From Bradymonadia bacterium (lineage in GTDB: Bacteria; Myxococcota_A; Bradymonadia; UBA7976; UBA1532), in the NCBI GenBank assembly GCA_046290225.1, contig JBKAGE010000038.1:160001-224000 (forward strand): 64,000 nt of DNA, in the 5' to 3' direction. Shown here piece by piece: positions 57,556 to 64,000 of this stretch; the stretch's first letter is position 1; each line of letters opens with the position of its first letter. The notes under the pieces are model-generated. The model was not told the DNA's origin. It did no database searches and worked only from the letters and a program-made list of their open reading frames with translations. The position numbers and the translations under genes were made by a program.

Positions 57556-59757
57556 ATGGTCGTCCTGCTCCGTCGCGCGCTGCGCTCTTCACTCTGCCTC
57601 GGCCTCCCCCTTTGGGGATGCACTGACGTGTCGCCGACCGACCCTGCCGTCGGCCAGCACTCGGCGTCGGTGATCTATGGCGAAGATGATCGTCAGGATG
57701 TGTATGCCGTCGAGTCGCCTCTCTGGCGCGCCCGGGCATCGGACTCGGTCGTGGCGCTGATGAATCGTGCCACCCTCGTCTTCGACGATCCCGATCGGGC
57801 CACACTGCGGGCCAGCACGCTCAACCAGAACATCCCTCTCTGCGAGGGTGAGCGATTCGCCGAGCAGCTCACGGCAGCGGACTGCTCAGGCACCCTCATC
57901 GACGAGGATCTGGTCCTCACCGCCGGTCACTGCATCGAGAACCAAGCGGCGTGCAACCAGCTGGCTTTCGTCTTCGGCTACCACCACGGTGAGTCACCAG
58001 ACGCGCTCTCGCCCATCACCTCTGACGATGTCTACACCTGTCGTGAGTTGATCGTCTCCTTCGACGATGGCCGGGCGGACTACGCCATCGTGCAGCTCGA
58101 TCGCCCTGCGGTGGCCCATACCCCTGCACCGGTGCGCCCTGGTGATGGCCCCATGGTGCAGGGAGAGTCGGTCACCCTCATCGGCTTCCCCAGCGGCCTG
58201 CCGGCGAAGGTGGACACCGGCGGCCAAGTCTGGGAGCCCCGAGCCAACGTGCTCGACTTCTTCTCGGCCACTGTGGACGCTTTTGGTGGCAACTCCGGCT
58301 CGGGCGTCTTCGACGCAGCGGGCAACGTCGTGGGAATCCTGGTCCGCGGGCAACAAGATTACGTACGCGACGGCCGCTGCTTCCGGGTGAACACGCTGCC
58401 CGAGTTGCCTGAGCAGGGCGAAGGAGCAGAAGGCATCACCTATGTGGCCCGGGCCATCGAAGCAGGCTGCGAGGCGGGCATGCGCAGCGACGTGCTCTGC
58501 GCCGGCGGCGGAGGTGAATGGTGCGCCCGTTGTGAGGTGAACGCAGACTGCGCCAATGGCTGGCAGTGCAACCGGTGGCCCCAGGCACCCGAGGCTTCCT
58601 GGTGCGCCCCCCCGTGCATGGACGACACCCAATGTCGTGACGATCATCAGTGCATCGAAGGCATGTGCACGCCTCGCCTCGCCTCCGGCTGCGCACCGTT
58701 CCTCGACGAAGGCGCAGGGCTGTGGTCCATTGACGCGTGTGGTCAGGTGCTGGCCCCCACCAACCTGTGCGAAGCGAACAGCCGCTGTCTCGACGGCGAC
58801 TGTGTCTCACGGCCTTCCGGGGATGTGTGCGCCGACGCCACGGTGATCGAGGCCGTGAGTCAGCGTCTCGAAGGCAACCTCGCCGAATACGAGGGCGACA
58901 CTCAAGGCAGCTGCGCGGGTGAGGGGCCAGATCAGGTCTACACCTTCACCCTCGACGCCCCTTCCACCTTCACCGCCACAGCAGAAGGCTTCGACACGGT
59001 CCTCTACCTGCGCCAGGGCTGCGAGGGCCCCGAGTGGGCGTGCAACGACGACTTCCGCCGCCGCGACGTCAGCGCTCAAATCACCGCCGAGCTTCAGCCT
59101 GGGACCTATCACCTGTTCGTCGACGCCTTCGACGAACAGGTGGGGCGCTATCTGCTCACGTTGGAGTTCACGGAGCAGTGCCAGGATCCGTGCCTGCCGA
59201 CAGCCACACGATGTGAGGGTGAAGATGTGCAGCAGGTCTGTGTCGACGACGGCACGGACTGCGGCCGCTGGGTCAGCGTGCTCTGCCCACCCGGCGAGCA
59301 ATGCCTCGGCGGCCTCTGCGCGCCCACCTGTGAAGACGAGTGTCAGCCAGGAGAGCGTCAGTGCCTCGACGATCGCACCATCGTGAGCTGCACCCTCGTA
59401 GATGGCTGTGGTCGGTGGGATGCCCCGGTCACCTGCCGCCCTGGCCGCATCTGCCGGGACGAGTTCTGCGCCCCTGCCCCGGTGGACGCAGCGGTGCCGC
59501 CTCCGCCAGAGCCTGATGCCGAGGTCCCGGACTTTGCGATGCCCCCGCCGGTACCCGACGCAGATCTCGAAGCTGACGCAGCCATCGGTGGCGGTCCACA
59601 AGAGGGTCTGCGCCCTGAAGGCAACGAGCGACCGCTGCTGCGGGGCGGTCGTGGTTGTGCGACGGGCTCCGGGCGCGCGCCCACAGGGGCCTGGCTGGTT
59701 GTGCTCCTCGGCGCCCTCGGGCTGCGCCGCCGCTCACGGACGCAGACGCGCCTCTAA
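57556..59757 (+). CDS. Trypsin-like serine protease with PPC and Cys-rich domains and MYXO-CTERM tail
   Basis: CSGTLI..VLTAGHC, DYAIVQL, GGNSGS. FDTVLYLR..CNDD..PGTYHLFVD. Tail GCATG..AWLVVLLGALGLRRR. Confidence 0.93.
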   Translation: MVVLLRRALRSSLCLGLPLWGCTDVSPTDPAVGQHSASVIYGEDDRQDVYAVESPLWRARASDSVVALMNRATLVFDDPDRATLRASTLNQNIPLCEGERFAEQLTAADCSGTLIDEDLVLTAGHCIENQAACNQLAFVFGYHHGESPDALSPITSDDVYTCRELIVSFDDGRADYAIVQLDRPAVAHTPAPVRPGDGPMVQGESVTLIGFPSGLPAKVDTGGQVWEPRANVLDFFSATVDAFGGNSGSGVFDAAGNVVGILVRGQQDYVRDGRCFRVNTLPELPEQGEGAEGITYVARAIEAGCEAGMRSDVLCAGGGGEWCARCEVNADCANGWQCNRWPQAPEASWCAPPCMDDTQCRDDHQCIEGMCTPRLASGCAPFLDEGAGLWSIDACGQVLAPTNLCEANSRCLDGDCVSRPSGDVCADATVIEAVSQRLEGNLAEYEGDTQGSCAGEGPDQVYTFTLDAPSTFTATAEGFDTVLYLRQGCEGPEWACNDDFRRRDVSAQITAELQPGTYHLFVDAFDEQVGRYLLTLEFTEQCQDPCLPTATRCEGEDVQQVCVDDGTDCGRWVSVLCPPGEQCLGGLCAPTCEDECQPGERQCLDDRTIVSCTLVDGCGRWDAPVTCRPGRICRDEFCAPAPVDAAVPPPPEPDAEVPDFAMPPPVPDADLEADAAIGGGPQEGLRPEGNERPLLRGGRGCATGSGRAPTGAWLVVLLGALGLRRRSRTQTRL

Positions 59758-60261
59758 CCCGAAGATGTGCGGATCGTCGGCCCCCATGGCCCTGAGGGCC
59801 TCGGCGAGCCAGAGCACGTACTCAGTGTTCTCCCCGCTGGGGCCTCTGGAGCGGGCGACGTGGGCAGCGATCTCATCGAGAGAGGCCGAGCCGAGAAAAT
59901 GCGGGTTGTCGGGGCCTGCCACATAGACCAGCACATCATCGATGGTTGCCCCAGAAGGGCACGTGACCTGGACGCGATGGTGGGCATATCCCCCAGACTC
60001 GCGATGATCGAGTCGGGGCATGATCTCGCTGACCTTCTCCGGGGCCACCTCATAGGCCATGCCCCAACATGTGGCGCCTGCCTCGGGCAACAAGGTCACC
60101 ACGCGTCCTGGCGCCTCAGGGGTGCCTCGATGATCAGGGGATCCCTGCCAGAAGCGTCTGATCCAGCCTGTGATGTAGCCGGGCACACGCTGGCGATATT
60201 CAAAGGCAGGGCGCCACACCAGCGAGCCATAGCCGAAGATCCAGAGCGGGCGCTCTGTCAT
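59734..60261 (-). CDS. chaC: Glutathione-specific gamma-glutamylcyclotransferase
   Basis: WIFGYGSLVW, FWQGSPDHRGTPEAPGRV, LDHRE, GPSGENTEY. Confidence 0.93.
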   Translation of the reverse strand: MTERPLWIFGYGSLVWRPAFEYRQRVPGYITGWIRRFWQGSPDHRGTPEAPGRVVTLLPEAGATCWGMAYEVAPEKVSEIMPRLDHRESGGYAHHRVQVTCPSGATIDDVLVYVAGPDNPHFLGSASLDEIAAHVARSRGPSGENTEYVLWLAEALRAMGADDPHIFGLEARLRP

Positions 60262-60265
60262 GAAA

Positions 60266-61093
60266 CTACCCCTCTGGGAGGGCTTTGCGGCGAATCAGCC
60301 CGCCCACCCCTTTGAGGGCAGCTCGCATGACCGGCCGGGGCGTGGCCCTGCCCATGGAGACGAGAGCGCTCATGAGGTGACCGGGCACCACGAGGGGCTT
60401 GCCCCTGGCGAAGGCCTTGAGGGTGGCCCTGGCGCACTCGTCGGCGGTGAGGGTGACCGACTTTGGCGGTGGGCGCCCGATCGGGTTGCCCGCCACGGCT
60501 TCGAACTCCGTGGACACGGGCCCGGGGCACGACTGGGTCACCGCCACCCCCGTGCCAGCGAGCTCGATCCGCAGGGACTCGGTGAAGCCAGTGACATAGT
60601 GCTTGCTGCCCACGTACACCGAGAGGCCAGGCATGAATGTCAGCCCGAACCCGGAGCTGATGTTCAAGATGCCCCCTCGTCCTCGAGCCACCATGGGCCC
60701 CATGAGGGCGTGGGTCAGGTAGGTGAGGGCCACCACGTTCACGTTCAACATCTGCTCGAGCTTCGACCAGTCGGCATGCTCGAGCAGCGCAAAGTCACCA
60801 AAGCCAGCGTTGTTCACCAGCACGTCGACATTGCCGAGCGCCTTGTCGGTGGCGGCGAGCATGGCGTCGACGGCCTCGCGGTCGGCGAGATCACACGGCT
60901 GTACGGTCACCACAAGATCAGGGTTCACCGCGAGCAGGTCTGCCTCGAGGGCTTCGAGGCGGCTGCGGCGCCGGGCCACCAGGGCGATGCCCCGGACCAT
61001 GGGGGCCAGCTGCAGCGCCATGGCCCGCCCGATGCCCGAGGAAGCCCCGGTGAGCAGCACATTGCTCCCTTCGATCGGCGGTCTGGCACCCAT
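60266..61093 (-). CDS. Short-chain dehydrogenase/reductase
   Basis: TGASSGIG, NNAG, YVGSK. Confidence 0.95.
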   Translation of the reverse strand: MGARPPIEGSNVLLTGASSGIGRAMALQLAPMVRGIALVARRRSRLEALEADLLAVNPDLVVTVQPCDLADREAVDAMLAATDKALGNVDVLVNNAGFGDFALLEHADWSKLEQMLNVNVVALTYLTHALMGPMVARGRGGILNISSGFGLTFMPGLSVYVGSKHYVTGFTESLRIELAGTGVAVTQSCPGPVSTEFEAVAGNPIGRPPPKSVTLTADECARATLKAFARGKPLVVPGHLMSALVSMGRATPRPVMRAALKGVGGLIRRKALPEG

Positions 61094-61581
61094 CAGGGCC
61101 TCCCTTCGTCGAGTCGATCGAGCAAGACCTCACAGGCCCCATAGACCAGCTGATACACGTGCTCGAAGCCATTGGGCCCGCCGTAGTACGGATCAGGCAC
61201 CTCCCGCGTGGGCGGATCGGACAGCTCGTCGAGCAGCAGACCCACCTCGGCGGTGGCGCCCTGAGGGGCCCGGGCGCGGATGTCCCGCAGGTTGCTGTGA
61301 TCCATGGCCATGACCACGTCGAAGCGGTTGAGATCGGCAGGCAGGAACTTTCGGGCACGCTGCGCAGTGAGATCGATGCCGTGGCTGCGGGCCACCTCGA
61401 TGCTCCGCGGATCAGGCAGCTCCCCAGCGTGCCAGCCGCCGGTGCCCGCCGAGTCGATCTCGAAAGCATCACTCAGCCCCCGAGCCTCGACGAGGTGGCG
61501 AAAGATCCCCTCGCCGAGGGGGGATCGGCAAATATTGCCAAGACAGACAAAGAGCACCCGCTTCACCAACTCGTCTCCCAT
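61093..61581 (-). CDS. Low-molecular-weight protein-tyrosine phosphatase
   Basis: VCLGNICRS, DSAGT, DPYYG. Confidence 0.96.
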   Translation of the reverse strand: MGDELVKRVLFVCLGNICRSPLGEGIFRHLVEARGLSDAFEIDSAGTGGWHAGELPDPRSIEVARSHGIDLTAQRARKFLPADLNRFDVVMAMDHSNLRDIRARAPQGATAEVGLLLDELSDPPTREVPDPYYGGPNGFEHVYQLVYGACEVLLDRLDEGRP

Positions 61582-61603
61582 CGATCCCGCTCGGGATCAT
61601 CAC

Positions 61604-62704
61604 TCACTTCAGGCGGATCCAGCGTCCGCCGGTGTACTGGCCCCCACTCGGCGCCGAAGCGCCGAGCACGTAGATCGCCCGCCGATTCCGGGCTTCGTCT
61701 ACCCCGTCGGCGGTCTGCACCGCCAGCCCCGACTCGCCGAAGCCCTGATAATAGATCGGCAACCGCACACCGTGGGCGCGAAACCACGTGGCGATGGCCT
61801 TCGCCCGGGCGGTGCTCAGGGTACGGTTGTCGGCGGCGTTGCCCACCGTGTCGGTGTAGCCGCCGATGTAGAGCCGGGCCTCGAGCACGTTGCCCCACTT
61901 CTTCACATAGCCGTTGAGCACCTCCAGGGCCTTGTGCAGCTTCGGCGACTCTGGAGCCTCGATCTCGGCGCTGTTGGTGGCGAAGACCACATCTTCGTGG
62001 GGCAGCTCGACGAAGAAGGGCGTGAGGGTGAGCGTGTAGTTCTGGGCTTCGTGGGCATCGAAGACCATGAGCTTGACGTCCTTGATCTCCACGTCTTCTC
62101 CAGGGGGCGTCCACTCCAGGGTGAACCGACCCCCCTTAGGACCGCCCTGCCCGGTGAGATCGAGGGCCTCGTCCACCACAGTGGTACCTTCAATGTCAGT
62201 CACCGTCACGCTGCCGCGGCCGAGGGGCTGGTTGGCCGAGATCACCGCCCTGCCTTCTTCGAGGTAGATGTCCTTCTTCTCGATGCCCACCTTCAGAGGC
62301 GAGGTGACGTGCAGATCGAACTCGAAGTTCACCGTCTCGGGGCCGGCATCGAAGGTACCCGTGACCTCAGCGGACCAGTGGGTGGTGCCTTGAGGCGGCT
62401 TGAACTTGACCTTGTGCTTCTTGCCTGCAGGCAGGGACTTGATCTTGAAGACCTGTACCCGCTTCTTGCGATCGTTGCTCAGCCTCACCTTCACCTGCTT
62501 CACCGGCGCTGAAGGTACCAACATCAGAAAGGCGGTCTGGCCTTTGTGCACCACGGTGGAGTGGCCATACTGCCAGCGTGGCGCTTCGGCCTGCGCGGGG
62601 CGGCTTGCGAGGCTCAACGCGAGCAGCAGGGAGAGCGCCAAAATCGAGGCAAAGCCCGATGCGGCGGAGAAACGTTGAGTCCACAGCGGAGAGGGGTTCA
62701 TCAT
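61604..62704 (-). CDS. OmpA-like peptidoglycan-binding domain protein
   Basis: Signal peptide. VVFATNSA, GYTDTVG, NRTLSTARA, GFGE, NRRA. Start uncertain (62701-62722). Confidence 0.88.
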   Translation of the reverse strand: MMNPSPLWTQRFSAASGFASILALSLLLALSLASRPAQAEAPRWQYGHSTVVHKGQTAFLMLVPSAPVKQVKVRLSNDRKKRVQVFKIKSLPAGKKHKVKFKPPQGTTHWSAEVTGTFDAGPETVNFEFDLHVTSPLKVGIEKKDIYLEEGRAVISANQPLGRGSVTVTDIEGTTVVDEALDLTGQGGPKGGRFTLEWTPPGEDVEIKDVKLMVFDAHEAQNYTLTLTPFFVELPHEDVVFATNSAEIEAPESPKLHKALEVLNGYVKKWGNVLEARLYIGGYTDTVGNAADNRTLSTARAKAIATWFRAHGVRLPIYYQGFGESGLAVQTADGVDEARNRRAIYVLGASAPSGGQYTGGRWIRLK

Positions 62705-62776
62705 GCGAGGCATCTTGACCAATCATCCTTGAGTGACGCCGAGGGTCTCGTATGTACCCCAGCAGAGGAGAGAGTT

Positions 62777-63595
62777 GTGAGTGAAGTGAGCGCGAGGCCG
62801 AGTGAAATCTTTCGAGCGGACCTGCTCGCCGGCAAGGTGGTGGTGATCACGGGCGGGGGTACGGGCATCGGCCGCAGCATCACTGAGGAGTGTCTGGCCC
62901 TCGGCGCGAAGGTGGCCATCGGCGCTCGCAAGGTCGACCGGCTCGAAGCGGCAGCCCAGGAGATGCGCGACGCCACCGGAGGCGAGGTCTTCGCCCACGC
63001 CCTCAACATTCGCGATCCGGAGTCGGTGGAAGCCTTCGTCGCCGCCACCGAGGAAGCCCTGGGCCCCATCGACACGTTGGTGAACAACGCCGGCGGCCAG
63101 TTCCCGGCGCCGGCGGAGATGATCCCCCCCAAGGGCTGGCGGGCGGTCATCGACACCAACCTCAACGGCACCTGGTACATGTGCCAGGCCGTGGGCCAGC
63201 GGATGATCGATCGCGGCACCGGCGGCCACATGGTGCAAATCGTCGCCAACATGTGGCGAGGGTTCCCCGGCATGGCCCACACCGGCGCCGCCCGGGCGGG
63301 GGTGGTGAACCTCACCAAGACTCTGGCCCTGGAGTGGGCCAAGCATCAGATTCAGGTGAACGCCGTGGCCCCAGGTGTGATCCAGTCCAGCGGCCTCGAC
63401 ACCTACGACGACGCCGTAAAAGAGGCCCTCTTCGCCGATCTGCCCAAGCACGTGCCTCTCAAACGCCTCGGCGTAGTGGAAGACGTGGCCTGGTCGGTGG
63501 TGTACCTGATCAGCCCCGCAGGCCGCTTCATCACCGGCGAGACGATCTGTGTCGACGGCGGGCAAGCCCACTGGGGCACGGTCTTCGAGGTCTGA
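62777..63595 (+). CDS. SDR oxidoreductase (2,4-dienoyl-/trans-2-enoyl-CoA reductase-like)
   Basis: ITGGGTGIG, NNAGGQF, HTGAARAG, VDGG. GTG after GAGGAG. Confidence 0.92.
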   Translation: MSEVSARPSEIFRADLLAGKVVVITGGGTGIGRSITEECLALGAKVAIGARKVDRLEAAAQEMRDATGGEVFAHALNIRDPESVEAFVAATEEALGPIDTLVNNAGGQFPAPAEMIPPKGWRAVIDTNLNGTWYMCQAVGQRMIDRGTGGHMVQIVANMWRGFPGMAHTGAARAGVVNLTKTLALEWAKHQIQVNAVAPGVIQSSGLDTYDDAVKEALFADLPKHVPLKRLGVVEDVAWSVVYLISPAGRFITGETICVDGGQAHWGTVFEV

Positions 63596-63605
63596 GCGCG
63601 CCTTC

Positions 63606-64000
63606 ATGCTGATCTCGAGAGCCTTCATCACGACCTGTCTGCTTCTGCCCGGAGCGGCCTTCGCTCAGAGCGAGACCGATCGAGAGGCAGAGATGTTCGG
63701 TGCGCCGGCCGATGAACCCGGCAGAGCCGACTCCACGAGGGTGGAGACGACCCCCGCAAAGCCCTCTCCAGAGCCGCGCTCTTCCGGTGACCCCAAACCA
63801 GACAACCGGGAGGCGGAGATGTTCGGCGCCCCTGGGACTTCGCCTTCTCCAACCCCACCTTCGACCCAGCCGCCTACCCCCTCTTCGGGGTTGCTGGGTT
63901 TCGGCGGCCTCGGCGCCGAAAGCCTGGCCATCGGCGGCCGCCTGCTCAGCCGTCTCGAGACCACGCTGAGCGAGGAGACCGATCTCAAAGACCAGTTCAT
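63606..64000 (+). CDS. Secreted/outer-membrane protein, N-terminal part (runs off window; absent from ORF track)
   Basis: Read manually: MLISRAFITTCLLLPGAAFAQ signal peptide, then REAEMFGAP x2 and a Pro-rich linker. Frame open to the window end. Confidence 0.7.
   Translation, partial: MLISRAFITTCLLLPGAAFAQSETDREAEMFGAPADEPGRADSTRVETTPAKPSPEPRSSGDPKPDNREAEMFGAPGTSPSPTPPSTQPPTPSSGLLGFGGLGAESLAIGGRLLSRLETTLSEETDLKDQF

Noticed and set aside
63665..64000. Minus-strand ORF 63665-64000
   Set aside because: The plus-strand frame from 63606 has a clear signal peptide and is the more credible gene

Overview
High-GC bacterial chromosome segment, most likely from an uncultured Myxococcota/Bradymonadia-like organism. 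This is inferred from a MYXO-CTERM sorting tail, AgmX/PglI-type C-terminal domains, an FHA-sigma54 activator, eukaryote-like Ser/Thr kinases and many Cys-rich or Gly-Ala-repeat lipoproteins. About 45 CDS are supported. Housekeeping islands are rpsT / holA / lptE, nfeD-floA and chaC-SDR-LMW-PTP. Signalling genes include a VWA-HK-RR operon, kinases and a PAS chemoreceptor, alongside many secreted or envelope proteins. The most striking locus is a six-gene minus-strand operon at 40906-48952, whose last four genes are translationally coupled. It encodes two OB-fold lipoproteins, an outer-membrane beta-barrel, a lamin-tail-domain lipoprotein, a catalytically dead PLD-fold lipoprotein and an intact two-HKD PLD/nuclease-LTD lipoprotein. 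It is a candidate undescribed cell-surface nucleic-acid capture/degradation/import machine. Other notable items are a 159-bp MITE with perfect terminal inverted repeats (8610-8772), tandem pseudo-protease/beta-barrel paralogues each with its own sigma54 promoter, a pseudokinase, and a nine-heme cytochrome with an inserted class-I-like cytochrome c domain. No rRNA, tRNA, CRISPR array or transposase was recognised. All domain assignments are by-eye motif recognition, not database searches.
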